64,000 bases of DNA from Cyanophyceae cyanobacterium (GCA_050331735.1 JBHJGN010000066.1:10624-74623); one strand, 5' to 3'. Positions 39,975 through 49,938 are shown, counted from the first letter of the stretch. Made by a program: numbers and translations. The notes: a model not told the origin generated them from the letters alone.

Positions 39975-40063
39975 GAGTAGCAACCCGCTTCACCTGCCAC
40001 AGATCGACTCTTAAACTCAAGCAACAAGCTATAGACGGTTGGAGTGCAAGCGGATTGTTATTC
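39975..40063 (-). mobile_element. attC-like integron cassette recombination site (degenerate R')
   Basis: Minus strand GAATAAC (overlaps the GNAT stop)-AATCC-GCTT[G]CAC...GTGAAGC-GGGTT-GCTACTC; 89 bp, imperfect palindrome with one extrahelical base. Confidence 0.55.
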
Positions 40064-40546
40064 TGCAATCGCTCTAGTTGAAGAAGACTGCCATAGTTCA
40101 TATTTCATAATCAGTTCTCCATCTTCATCCATCTCACCCGTGGATGTGAAGCCCATCTTTTTATAAAACTCTTCGGGACTTCCTTCACCGGGAACACAGC
40201 TTGTCGTTAACATCTTTGCTCCTGGGCGTGTTTTGACGTATTCGAGCACCAACTCTAAAGCGCGTTTGCCAAACCCGCGTCTTTGAAACCGTGCATCAAT
40301 CATGAATCGCCAAAGCGCATACAATGACTTAACCGGATCATCATCTAGCAGGACAAAACCAACGGGTGTTTCATCGGCATAAATTGCTCGAAACCAGGTA
40401 ACATCGGGATAAAAATGAGCTTGGGCAATAGACACTGCATTAGAAGCAATAAAGTTTTCTTGCTCACTAGTGACCTTCAAATCAAGGATGTCGTCAAGAT
40501 TTTCTTGAGTAACTTCCTGTAATGTAATGACTGCCATCAGTTGCAT
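40058..40546 (-). CDS. GNAT N-acetyltransferase (spermidine/spermine acetyltransferase-like)
   Basis: SNAVSIAQAHF, RFMIDARFQRRGFG, FYKKMGF. Confidence 0.88.
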   Translation of the reverse strand: MQLMAVITLQEVTQENLDDILDLKVTSEQENFIASNAVSIAQAHFYPDVTWFRAIYADETPVGFVLLDDDPVKSLYALWRFMIDARFQRRGFGKRALELVLEYVKTRPGAKMLTTSCVPGEGSPEEFYKKMGFTSTGEMDEDGELIMKYELWQSSSTRAIAE

Positions 40547-40655
40547 GGTCGGCTCTCTTTAAGTGGAAGACGAATATTCTACCCTATAGGTGTCCCACCT
40601 TGGTTTAGCTCTTACCAACCAAAAAGGTTATTGGAATGATGTCACAATGTTTTTT

Positions 40656-40669
40656 GTAACAGCTCATAC
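40656..40669. promoter_or_regulatory. NtcA consensus site, target unclear
   Basis: GTA-acagctca-TAC in the intergenic region upstream of the GNAT gene. Confidence 0.45.
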
Positions 40670-40973
40670 TAATGAAGCAGTGGTATGACACCCTTCTTCC
40701 CAGTTGAGAGTTTATTTATGTTTAAGGCCGACGGCAATGCGTAATTAGGTTTAAGGGTTCAACACCTGGGGGCACAAATGATCTTGATAACGGCAATTGC
40801 AGAGGAATTTGCGCTCCTTCCTGTAGATCCAGAGGAGCATTACGCTGTGTCTGGAGTAAGGTAGCGTATCCCGATCCGCTCGAAGCAGTACTAAAGTTTT
40901 AGGAACAGGCGAGAGCAATGAGCAATGAACAATCAACAAAAACCGAAACTGTCAGACCATACATCATGGGTTT

Positions 40974-41390
40974 TTAAGGAAGCCGATAGCTAGCAACGCG
41001 AATGGTGAGATTCCCTTGTCGAGGATCGCGGCTGAATATAAACGCTCCTTCCTCCGATTCATTACGAGAGAGAAAATCGATTTGCTGCTCCCCAGTTTCT
41101 ATCACTCCATTCACCGCTAGTTCGGCAACAATCTGAACCGATTCAGCGGTTTCCCCGCCTGTATTGGTAACGGAAAAAGGCACGTAGTATTGCCCAGAAG
41201 CTTGTCTAACTTCGCTACTCGAAACCTGCAATATGGGAGGCTGATGGTCTTGGAAAAGCCAAATATAGCTGACCAGTCCTACGATAACGCTCAGAATAAC
41301 AACAGCAACGCCGAAACTCACCCATTCAGCAAAGGAGCGCCGCTTAGCTAGAGAATGATGGGTTTTAGAAGGGTGATCGCCTTTGGTCAT
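40974..41390 (-). CDS. TIGR02588 family protein
   Basis: RSFAEWVSFG, PFSVTNTGGETAESVQI, GAFIFSRDP. ATGA overlap with the upstream gene supports the start at 41390. Confidence 0.8.
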   Translation of the reverse strand: MTKGDHPSKTHHSLAKRRSFAEWVSFGVAVVILSVIVGLVSYIWLFQDHQPPILQVSSSEVRQASGQYYVPFSVTNTGGETAESVQIVAELAVNGVIETGEQQIDFLSRNESEEGAFIFSRDPRQGNLTIRVASYRLP

Positions 41391-42247
41391 ATCGCTAACC
41401 TTCCTGCTGCCCCACCCACCGTTGCCGGTAGCCCCAACAGCAGCGTCTGGCGCAACCACATTGCCCAGGGGTCGCTCGGACCGAGCCTTTGAAAGAACCA
41501 CAGCATGGCAACAGCGGCAGCTAGCGAGACTAAATAGCACATTACGGTTTCGCTGAGCGGATGCTGAAAAATGCCGATTTGCTGGCGGCGTTTGAGCTGA
41601 TTGGCGAAGCGCGCTTGAAAGACGATTGCATAGGAGATAAGTAAAGAAGCAGCGACAACCGCAAGCAGCCAGGGACCAGAAACGGCAGCAACCAGCATCG
41701 GAATTTCATCGGTTGGAGCGATATTAAAAGCAATTAGCAAAGCGCCAATGAGAGTAGCCCCCACATCGGCGAGGGTATCATTAAGGCGAGGGGAACGATT
41801 GTGATGATTTCTCTTGGGCGGGTTGGAGTTGTTATTGTTATTACTCAGGAACTGATTAGCTAGCGTTGCCCCTAGAGCAAACGGAACGCTTTCAAAAATG
41901 AGTTTACCCAATGCTTCCGATAGCTGAGTCTGGAGCGTGATTTCGCGCAGCAGTACCAGCGCCAAAGCCGCGCAAACGATTCCAATGGCGATCGCCTCTA
42001 CGCTATCTTTGGCGGCATCGAGACGACTGACGCGATTAATTTTCCGAAAGCCTTCGGTGCGGTTGAGGAAGAAGAGCACAACCCAGGTAACTGCAATAGT
42101 TATCAGCATCAGCGGCGGAGACACCGACGAGCTAATCCACCAGACTTCCATCGTGTAAAGCAGGGGAATGCCAAACAAGAAGCCACCACAAGCAGCCCGA
42201 ATCAAATCATCAAGCTCATGCTTCCATGCCGAATCTTGCTTCTTCAT
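41387..42247 (-). CDS. TIGR02587 family integral membrane protein
   Basis: GGFLFGIPLLYTMEVWW, FNIAPTDEI, LGLPATVGGAAGRL. Confidence 0.85.
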   Translation of the reverse strand: MKKQDSAWKHELDDLIRAACGGFLFGIPLLYTMEVWWISSSVSPPLMLITIAVTWVVLFFLNRTEGFRKINRVSRLDAAKDSVEAIAIGIVCAALALVLLREITLQTQLSEALGKLIFESVPFALGATLANQFLSNNNNNSNPPKRNHHNRSPRLNDTLADVGATLIGALLIAFNIAPTDEIPMLVAAVSGPWLLAVVAASLLISYAIVFQARFANQLKRRQQIGIFQHPLSETVMCYLVSLAAAVAMLWFFQRLGPSDPWAMWLRQTLLLGLPATVGGAAGRLAI

Positions 42248-42403
42248 CGCCCCGCCTGGTACTTTAACCTCAATTTAACCAATAGAGCTATTGTCTGATT
42301 GGGCGAGGAACTTGCCTATCTGTCGCCAGAAGTAATTGACTCGTGCTTTGTTTGAGCTGAAGCGCAATCGCCTGAAGTCTTTTTCTATACCCTCAGCAGC
42401 ATA

Positions 42404-43363
42404 TTACCAGCTCGCTTGAGCATGAACTCGCAGTTTGAGCTGGTTTAGCGTTCTGCTCTGTTCAATTGTCGGATGCAATCCGAACAGATAGAGCCTATCT
42501 AAATAGACATAAATAGCTCTCAGTCGGAGAAAAATCGGGATCAGTTCGGCACAATTAGCAGGCAGCGCTTTAACTTCCGAATAACCTGCCAGGATCTCCG
42601 CCTTAATGACTTCTCGATGGCGATGCTGGCGAAGGGCTGAAAGAGCAATGGCAATGTCGGCAGCAAACCAGTGATAGCAACAGTTTCCAAAGTCAAAAGC
42701 TACAATGCGATTGGTAATCGGACTGTAGTGAAAATTCTGAGGAGTATAGTCAGCGTGAATCACGCCAAATTCTGAGGACTGTCCTAAGCAATGACAGCTC
42801 CTGAGAACTTCTTGATATTCCTGCCTTGAAGCAGAATCGTCTTGAGGAAGTAGCTGTTCTGCTTGCCGAAAGAGGATTTCGTCATGCCAAATCCACGGTA
42901 TAGGAGTTGTTGCAGATGGAGTATAGGTTTGAGAAGCTGTGTGAATAGCTGCCAAACTTTTGCCCCAGGCTCGAAAGAAACGACGATTCCAATCGGGCGA
43001 ATCGGTTTCTACCCGAATTCCCTCAGCATAGGAAAGCACAGAAGCGATGAAAACGCCTGAGTGAGAAACCACTTCTGAAGTTAGTAAGCCCTGGTTGTTA
43101 GGAATTCCGTAGGCAACAGCGACAGACTGCTCTTTGAGGTGACGAAGAAATTCTAGTTCTGCCTTCACCTCCTCGCGACTCCGAAACGTGGCATCGGTAA
43201 GACGCAGGATTTGCCATCCGTTCTCTGCCTTTTTGAATCGAAACACGGAATTTCCGGAATTGCTGATATGGGCGACCGTTCTCGGTAGTCCATTCCATTC
43301 AGTAACAATTGCCCGCGCTTCGCTAAGAGCGGCGTACTTAATCATGTCTTGAGGCTTTGCCAA
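42404..43363 (-). CDS. APH / homoserine kinase type II-like small-molecule phosphotransferase
   Basis: LRLT, ELEFLRHL, WGKSLAAIH, IHADY.PQN, FDFGNC. Confidence 0.85.
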   Translation of the reverse strand: MAKPQDMIKYAALSEARAIVTEWNGLPRTVAHISNSGNSVFRFKKAENGWQILRLTDATFRSREEVKAELEFLRHLKEQSVAVAYGIPNNQGLLTSEVVSHSGVFIASVLSYAEGIRVETDSPDWNRRFFRAWGKSLAAIHTASQTYTPSATTPIPWIWHDEILFRQAEQLLPQDDSASRQEYQEVLRSCHCLGQSSEFGVIHADYTPQNFHYSPITNRIVAFDFGNCCYHWFAADIAIALSALRQHRHREVIKAEILAGYSEVKALPANCAELIPIFLRLRAIYVYLDRLYLFGLHPTIEQSRTLNQLKLRVHAQASW

Positions 43364-43431
43364 GGCCAGCTCAAAGAGCGAAGCGCTATTCTAGCATTCA
43401 GTTGTCTGCGGCGATCGCCTTCTTTTAACCG

Positions 43432-43635
43432 TCAGTCTTTCTTAACGACGGTATAGCCACTCACGTACTGTTGTCCGTTGGGTAGCGTTGTCCAGGTCCA
43501 CTGAACGTCCTCATTCTCGGCAAGTTCAACGCTAATTACTGGAGCAATCAGGTGCTGAGAAGGTAAGATACCAGTTGGTTGAGGGGCAAAGACGGTTCGC
43601 TTGGAGTGGTGAGCAACTACTGAATAATTCATCAT
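43432..43635 (-). CDS. Small hypothetical protein
   Basis: 67-aa ORF with RBS-like ACAGGT upstream; fills an otherwise empty gap. Confidence 0.6.
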   Translation of the reverse strand: MMNYSVVAHHSKRTVFAPQPTGILPSQHLIAPVISVELAENEDVQWTWTTLPNGQQYVSGYTVVKKD

Positions 43636-43830
43636 TAATACCTGTCTAAATCGTCTGGAAATTATATTCTTACACGGAACCGTGAAGCAATTGCGTGGGC
43701 TGAGCGGAGGGTCAAATATTATTTAGATATAGTAATGGTTTCCATTGCTTGAATCAGGCTGTCAACCGCCACGGTTTGAGTAGTTGGTCGTTCTTGGGCG
43801 ATCGCCTTTTCCTTAACTAGCTGCCGATTG

Positions 43831-44067
43831 CTACAGTCCTGAAGGCAAATTATCCATTAGAGCACCTAACATCTTCTGAAAACTTTGGCGGAACCCGACA
43901 GCCAATAAACCGCAAGCCACCGTGGTTCCTGCCATGACCCACCAAAAATGATTAACGCGCCAGACTCCACCAAACAGGAGGAAAACAATCAGTCCAGCCC
44001 CGGCTCCTCCTAAAAATAGTAAAACTGTTTTGGCCATTTTCTTGATATTGCGTAGTTTTAGTTCCAT
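43831..44067 (-). CDS. Small hypothetical membrane protein (2 TM)
   Basis: 78 aa with two hydrophobic segments. Confidence 0.55.
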   Translation of the reverse strand: MELKLRNIKKMAKTVLLFLGGAGAGLIVFLLFGGVWRVNHFWWVMAGTTVACGLLAVGFRQSFQKMLGALMDNLPSGL

Positions 44068-44079
44068 TTCGATCTCTCA

Positions 44080-44274
44080 TTGTATAACCTGATTCTCTCT
44101 AGAGAATGGCATCGCAAATGGGCTGATTCCACGACAGTTTGCCTTCTTCTACTAGCATCCCGGCGGCGACACTGGAAAAGCGTTTTAGGAGTGCGCAATA
44201 ACAATTTTTTCATCGGGGCAAATCTGACTATTTATTTCAGTTGGGAGCCGCTTAAAAACCGAGACTTTTTATGA
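44080..44274 (+). pseudogene. Uma2 (DUF820) endonuclease remnant
   Basis: NNFFIGANLTIYFSWEPLKNRDF resembles the Uma2 segment preceding the PD motif; it stops next to a HIP1 site. Confidence 0.6.
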
Positions 44275-44309
44275 GGCGATCGCTCCCAACGCAGATGCCT
44301 ATTATCCTT

Positions 44310-45221
44310 CTATGGGTCAGGAACATGGTGAGTATGCCAGTGACGAGCGATATCAACCCGACGACAGAACCAAACCTTATCGTGACTCTGCACGTAATCC
44401 AAAAAACGTGCCAGCGCGGCGGCGCGTCCGGGACGACCGGACAATCGGCAGTGTAACCCCACACTCATCATCTTGGGAGCCGTTTCTCCTTCGGCATACA
44501 ATACATCAAAGGCATCGCGAAGATAAGTAAAGAACTGCTCTCCTGAGTTGAAACCTTGATAGGTGACGAAACGCATGTCGTTGTTATCGAGGGTATAGGG
44601 AATTACCAAATGGGGACGGCTATAGTCTGCAACCCAGTAGGGCAAGTCGTCGGCGTAGCTATCGGCATCGTAGAGAAACCCTCCCGCTTCGACCACCAAG
44701 CGGCGAGTGTTCGGACTGACACGACCTTGGTAAAATCCCAGTGGACGACTGCCCGTAACCTGAGTATGAATTTCAATGGCTTTGTAAATATGCTCTCGTT
44801 CGGTCTCTTCGCCAACATATTGATAGTCAATCCAGCGATAGCCGTGGCTCGCGACTTCCCATCCGGCGGCAACCATTGCCTCAGCAGCAGCCGGGTTTCG
44901 CTCTAAAGCCATCGCTACCGCATAGACCGTCACGGGAATCTGGCGTTGGGTAAAGAGTCGGTGTAGCCGCCAAAAGCCAGCTCGACTTCCGTATTCGTAC
45001 ACCGATTCTACGTTGAGATTCCGCACTCCCATTAGCGGTGAGGCTCCGATAGTCTCAGATAAAAAGGCTTCTGAGGCCGCATCACCGTGCAAAATACAGT
45101 TTTCACCTCCTTCTTCATAGTTGATTACAATCTGGAGAGCGAGGTGAGAGTCATTGGGCCAGTGAGGGTGAGGCGGAGTTTGACCGTAGCCAATCAGGTC
45201 GCGGGGATAGGAAGAAGTCAT
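44310..45221 (-). CDS. puuE: Allantoinase PuuE (polysaccharide deacetylase fold)
   Basis: YPRDLIGYG, NYEEGGE, YEYGSRAGFWR, SHGYRWI, DNNDMRF, GLHCRL.GRPGR. Confidence 0.93.
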   Translation of the reverse strand: MTSSYPRDLIGYGQTPPHPHWPNDSHLALQIVINYEEGGENCILHGDAASEAFLSETIGASPLMGVRNLNVESVYEYGSRAGFWRLHRLFTQRQIPVTVYAVAMALERNPAAAEAMVAAGWEVASHGYRWIDYQYVGEETEREHIYKAIEIHTQVTGSRPLGFYQGRVSPNTRRLVVEAGGFLYDADSYADDLPYWVADYSRPHLVIPYTLDNNDMRFVTYQGFNSGEQFFTYLRDAFDVLYAEGETAPKMMSVGLHCRLSGRPGRAAALARFLDYVQSHDKVWFCRRVDIARHWHTHHVPDP

Positions 45222-45252
45222 AGGTCAATTGAGTAAAACTCCTAGTTCACAT

Positions 45253-46128
45253 CTAGTACACTTCCGGGACAAAATTTTGCGTTTCTACCGGAGGGCGTTC
45301 GTATTCCATCACTGTTTGTCTGGGGGGTAATTCAAGGGGAGCAGGCGTCGAATCTTGATAAGGAATTCGGCTGAGCAGATGACTGATACAGTTGAGCCGA
45401 GCGCGTTTTTTGTCGTCGGCATTGACGACGTACCAGGGGGATTCTGGGGTATCTGTGGCCGCAAACATATCATCTTTAGCCTTAGAGTATTCCATCCATT
45501 TTTCCCGTGATTTTAGGTCTATGGGGCTGAGTTTCCAGCGCTTAGTGGGGTCGTCAATCCGCGCCTGGAAGCGTCGTTCCTGTTCGGTATCGCTGACGGA
45601 GAACCAATATTTAATCAGAATAATTCCTGAACGCTGCAAGATCACCTCAAATTGGGGGCAGGAGCGCAAGAACTCTTTGTACTCTTTATAGGTGCAAAAG
45701 CCCATCACTCGCTCTACACCGGCCCGATTGTACCAACTGCGATCGAAAAGAACCATTTCCCCGGCTGCTGGCAGATGGGCGACATAGCGCTGAAAATACC
45801 ACTGGGTTTTTTCGCGATCGCTCGGTGTTCCGAGGGCGACGACGCGACAAACGCGGGGGTTAAGAGATTCGCTGATCCGCTTGATTACTCCTCCCTTGCC
45901 CGCAGCATCTCGTCCTTCAAAAATAACGACGACCTTTAATCCCTGATGCTTGATCCACTCCTGGAGTTTGACGAGCTCGATTTGTAAACGGCGCAGTTCT
46001 TTTTCGTAGACTTTCTTCTTAATCTTTGGTTTGGGCGGCTCTTGTTCGGTTTTGACCTGTAGCACTCCATCTCGTCCTTCTTCTGAAGGGTCAAAAAGAT
46101 TAACTTTCCCATTAATGCTATTTATCAT
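45253..46128 (-). CDS. ppk2: Polyphosphate kinase 2 (class I)
   Basis: FEGRDAAGKGG, WYFQRY, FDRSWYNRAGVERVMGF, WKLSP.D. Confidence 0.95.
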   Translation of the reverse strand: MINSINGKVNLFDPSEEGRDGVLQVKTEQEPPKPKIKKKVYEKELRRLQIELVKLQEWIKHQGLKVVVIFEGRDAAGKGGVIKRISESLNPRVCRVVALGTPSDREKTQWYFQRYVAHLPAAGEMVLFDRSWYNRAGVERVMGFCTYKEYKEFLRSCPQFEVILQRSGIILIKYWFSVSDTEQERRFQARIDDPTKRWKLSPIDLKSREKWMEYSKAKDDMFAATDTPESPWYVVNADDKKRARLNCISHLLSRIPYQDSTPAPLELPPRQTVMEYERPPVETQNFVPEVY

Positions 46129-46342
46129 AACGTTTTCTTTTCCTGCGGTTTACAATTATTTAACCAGCTTATAAAGCTCTGGAGGAAGTAGGGGTATCGG
46201 GGACAACAAGAAAAGCAGAGCAAGATCAAGAAAAAGTTAAAGCGTGGTTGTTGCTAGATTAAGCTAGCTAGATAGGATGAGGAAGGGTTTGTCAACCCTA
46301 TCGCTTCGTTAGTGGATGGAATGTTGACCAACGGTCACCGTT

Positions 46343-46966
46343 TTATCTTGTTAGAGAATGTTTTTGCAACTGCGTCTGATAGCTAGTTGGCGTGTTCATA
46401 TCGATGAAGACTTCTGGCGTAGCAAATTCAACTTGAACGATTGAGTTTTGCTTACACTGTGCGCGCTCTCCATATTTCTGAACAATTTGACGCAAACCCA
46501 AAGTGGCATCGCTGATGTTTTTTAAATCAGGTAATAGTCGATGAGAGAAAAGAAGAGGATGTCCTAGCTTACCTGCATGACTTGGGGCGGTAATTGAAGC
46601 ATTTTTCTCTCGATGGACTTTGTAAAGAGTTTGATAAACGTGAGCAGAACGAGGCTGATCGACGGCAGAAATGAACAGAACAGTCCACAGCGGTAAAGCG
46701 GCTAAGCCTGTCAGAATAGAACTTGTTTTTCCTCGTTCTGGTGCCGGATTAATCACTACTTGACTGCCTTGTGGGCACTCTTTTTGGCGCTGAAGATTAT
46801 GAGGTCCAAGAACGATAACGGGAGTAAAACCAGCTAGCAAAAACTGCTCCGCTTGATATTTTAAAAGAGTTCTACCCTGCCAAGGCAAAGTAGTTTTGCA
46901 GACCCCCATACGCTGAGAAGCCCCTGCTGCCAAGATAATTGAAAAGTTAGAGTTGCTGTTGACCAT
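46343..46966 (-). CDS. MocA-like molybdenum cofactor cytidylyltransferase
   Basis: ILAAGASQRMG..K, VDQP, GHPLLF, DMNTP; lies next to xdhC. Confidence 0.82.
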   Translation of the reverse strand: MVNSNSNFSIILAAGASQRMGVCKTTLPWQGRTLLKYQAEQFLLAGFTPVIVLGPHNLQRQKECPQGSQVVINPAPERGKTSSILTGLAALPLWTVLFISAVDQPRSAHVYQTLYKVHREKNASITAPSHAGKLGHPLLFSHRLLPDLKNISDATLGLRQIVQKYGERAQCKQNSIVQVEFATPEVFIDMNTPTSYQTQLQKHSLTR

Positions 46967-47112
46967 ATAACAAGTAAAAGGTTTAGGGTGAGCTTAAAAA
47001 ATTCAGAATTGGTGCATTTTTATGATTAAAATTATCAAGTAAAACTTGTAGTAGAGAGAATATATACTATCAGCAATTAACAATCAACAGTAATTTACCC
47101 AGTTAAAAGACA

Positions 47113-48156
47113 CTATAAATGAACCTTTTGCTGAGCCAGGGTTGATTGCATCCTTTCCGAGAGAGACAAACCCGTTCCCCCACGACGAACTTTAATTAAT
47201 TCGGCACAGATACTGACAGCAATTTCTTCTGGCGTTAGGGCACCAATGTCTAAACCGATAGGTGCGTAGAAATGTTTCAACTTTTCCCTCGGAATTTCTT
47301 GCCGCTGGAGTGCTTGGCAGATCATTCGGATCCGTTTTTGACTACCGATCGCACCAACGTATTGATATGCTAAGGGACGCTCTAGAATCGACTGCATAGC
47401 AATTAAGTCTTGTTGATACCCGCGCGTCACTAGCGCTATATAGAGTGGCGAAAACCGAGTCAGCCGATTCAAAGCCTCAGTAATTGGCATTGGCAATAGC
47501 AAAGCCTGGGGAAATCTTTGGCTTGTCACAAATTCTGGACGCTCGTCTTGGACCGCAATTTGAAAGCCTGCTATACTAGCGACTCGAGCTAAAGCAGCAG
47601 CAACATGACCCCCACCGACAATCAATAAGCGGGGCGGCGGCTCAATCGTTTCAACAAAATAGTCAGCAGGGGGAGTGTGATGGGGGAGGCGATCGCTTCT
47701 ATCCTCTGTAACCAGGTAGGGTGGTTGATTGGCTGCTAAAGGCGTGACCAGCTTTCCCGCTTTTCCCGTCGCCAAAAGATGAAGAATCTGTTCGACAAGG
47801 GCGATCGCCTCCTCTCCTATTCGCGCCAACCATACCTGCACTGTGCCTCCACAAACTCCCTGAATATCCCTTCCCGGCGCACCAGTCAGATCGATGTTTA
47901 CAAGCTGATTCCTGCCTGTTTCTAATACTGACAGTGCTTGTTGAATTACTTTTCCTTCTCCTGCACCCCCGCCGATGGTGCCGATAATTGTTCCAGCTTG
48001 ACAAATCATCATCTTTGCGCCTACTTCCCTTGGCGCAGAACCAGTCACCTTAACGATAGTCGCTAACACGACTGGTTCTCGTTCTAGTTTTGCTTTCAGT
48101 TGTTGATAGAAAGCGCGGTCGCTAGTCACCGGATAGTAGAATGAGCTTTTGTCCAT
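47113..48156 (-). CDS. xdhC: XdhC/CoxI xanthine dehydrogenase accessory factor
   Basis: GSAPREVGAKM, GTIGGG, CGG, VGGGHVA, GAIGS, APIGLDIGALTPEEIAVSI. Confidence 0.92.
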   Translation of the reverse strand: MDKSSFYYPVTSDRAFYQQLKAKLEREPVVLATIVKVTGSAPREVGAKMMICQAGTIIGTIGGGAGEGKVIQQALSVLETGRNQLVNIDLTGAPGRDIQGVCGGTVQVWLARIGEEAIALVEQILHLLATGKAGKLVTPLAANQPPYLVTEDRSDRLPHHTPPADYFVETIEPPPRLLIVGGGHVAAALARVASIAGFQIAVQDERPEFVTSQRFPQALLLPMPITEALNRLTRFSPLYIALVTRGYQQDLIAMQSILERPLAYQYVGAIGSQKRIRMICQALQRQEIPREKLKHFYAPIGLDIGALTPEEIAVSICAELIKVRRGGTGLSLSERMQSTLAQQKVHL

Positions 48157-48235
48157 GCAGTATACGCCAGGTCTTATAGTGTTTCTATCGGTTTTTCAGG
48201 TTAGTCAACGGCTCACAGCCGCTACACTAAGCTGC

Positions 48236-48907
48236 TTAGGAGTGGCTATGAATCGCTGGAGGCTGCATGGAGTCTTGAGGGGCGACAGAGGAACTCCAAA
48301 GATTTCGGAGAGAGGAAAGGGCAAGAAGTAGAAAGGCAATGGCACAAGCTCGATAAGTTAAATGTGTCCAAGTCATTCCCGCTTTCTGGAACACTTGGGC
48401 AACAAGTCCAGCACAGAAAAATGCCCAAAGAATTGACGACACCATAAAGCCCGTGAAAAAGACTAAGTAATGACTGACTGTAGGCTCGCTAATGCCCACA
48501 GCGCCCATCGCACTGCCTAAAGCGGCCCAGTATGCAACATTTTGAGGATTGGTAACGGATAGTAAAACACCCGAACGCAACGCTTTCTTACGATCAGTGC
48601 TGACGTTGGCTTGAACAATAAATTTCTTATTGGCCTCTTGCCACGCATCCCAAGCTAGCCATAGCAAATAAATTACACCAGCAATTCCCACTGAAAAGCG
48701 CAGGAAGTCCACCTGTAACAGAAAGCCAACGCCTGCTAAACCAAGCACAGCCCACAGAGCATCTCCGCTCAAGGAACCAAGTTGAACGGCTAAAGCGGGT
48801 TTAAATCCACCTCTCGTTCCTTGGCAAATCGTTTCTGCGAAAACGGCTCCAGGGGCAGCGTTAAAAATGAATCCTAGAAGCAGTGCAGTCCAGAAAAGTG
48901 TGAACAT
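48236..48907 (-). CDS. LysE family exporter
   Basis: AAPGAV, GSLSGD, LSVTNPQNVAYW; about 6 TM segments. Confidence 0.88.
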   Translation of the reverse strand: MFTLFWTALLLGFIFNAAPGAVFAETICQGTRGGFKPALAVQLGSLSGDALWAVLGLAGVGFLLQVDFLRFSVGIAGVIYLLWLAWDAWQEANKKFIVQANVSTDRKKALRSGVLLSVTNPQNVAYWAALGSAMGAVGISEPTVSHYLVFFTGFMVSSILWAFFCAGLVAQVFQKAGMTWTHLTYRACAIAFLLLALSSLRNLWSSSVAPQDSMQPPAIHSHS

Positions 48908-49434
48908 CAGGTTTCAATTAATGATGGTCAAATTAGTAGCAGAGCGGTATGCAAGAGAATTGGTACTTTTATAGATTATGCAACGAGACAATAATACCTT
49001 TACTTTACGCTAGACAAGAAAGACAGTAGTTAACTAAATATTAAAAATTTACTTATCAGAAAAGCAGTTCCTCCTAACATTGCTACTGTAAAGGCAGTCT
49101 TCAACAATACGAATAAAACCCTGAATGGGCTATGCTTAAAATTTTTAGCTTCTTCTTTAAAAAGTGCGACAAAATCTTCTCTTATTTTGTTTAATCTAAT
49201 CATCTAAAATACGTTTACACTAGCAAGCAAAATGAGTAATCCAAAGGGAAGGAGTCGTGAAGCCACAGTTTTTTCTCCTGAAAATAGCTGTTGAAAAGCA
49301 ATTGGCAATACCTTCAACGGCTCAGCTAATTTAGCCCAAGCCCAAGGAAGGGCAGGAGTCCAAAAAACAAGTACGGTGGCTCTGTTGACGATCGAATTGA
49401 ACTTGTAGTTATCCATAGTTTACTCTGTCAATCT

Positions 49435-49932
49435 TTATTTCAGTGGATGATATCCGACTAGCTGTCGCAGCTTTATCTCTGTCGTATTGAAAACAGTAAT
49501 AGCGATCGCCAGGGCAGTACAGTTAATGCTATTTTTATCAATTCTGTTAGTAAATACATACTGTCTTAAAGCTTCAACTGTAACGATGCCGCCTTCGATT
49601 GCCTCAATTTGAACTTTAAATCTATATAGTAAGCTCATGCCTACAAGCGGTTCTGTCTCTGATGCCGCCACATCAACAACTTTGATCTGCCCATCCCAAA
49701 TTACGCTTGCACGGTACATATCAAAGATGACTTCACTGCCATCTCCTAGTGTCCCAACGTTACGGAATATCCAAGGTAGTCGGAGTGACGCAACTGTAGA
49801 GAGTGGCAGAGCAAGAAAACCTGTGAAACCTGTGTCAATTACTGCCTCAACCATTTGCTTCGGGGCATCAGCATTACCAACCGCAATCCGAATGATAGCT
49901 TCACAATGCTGATTCACGAAGCCCTGCATCAT
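49435..49932 (-). CDS. Clan AA (retropepsin-like) aspartic protease with an apparently unrelated C-terminal tail
   Basis: AVIDTGFTG, LGDGS, PLVGMSLL. Confidence 0.82.
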   Translation of the reverse strand: MMQGFVNQHCEAIIRIAVGNADAPKQMVEAVIDTGFTGFLALPLSTVASLRLPWIFRNVGTLGDGSEVIFDMYRASVIWDGQIKVVDVAASETEPLVGMSLLYRFKVQIEAIEGGIVTVEALRQYVFTNRIDKNSINCTALAIAITVFNTTEIKLRQLVGYHPLK

Positions 49933-49938
49933 GATTGA

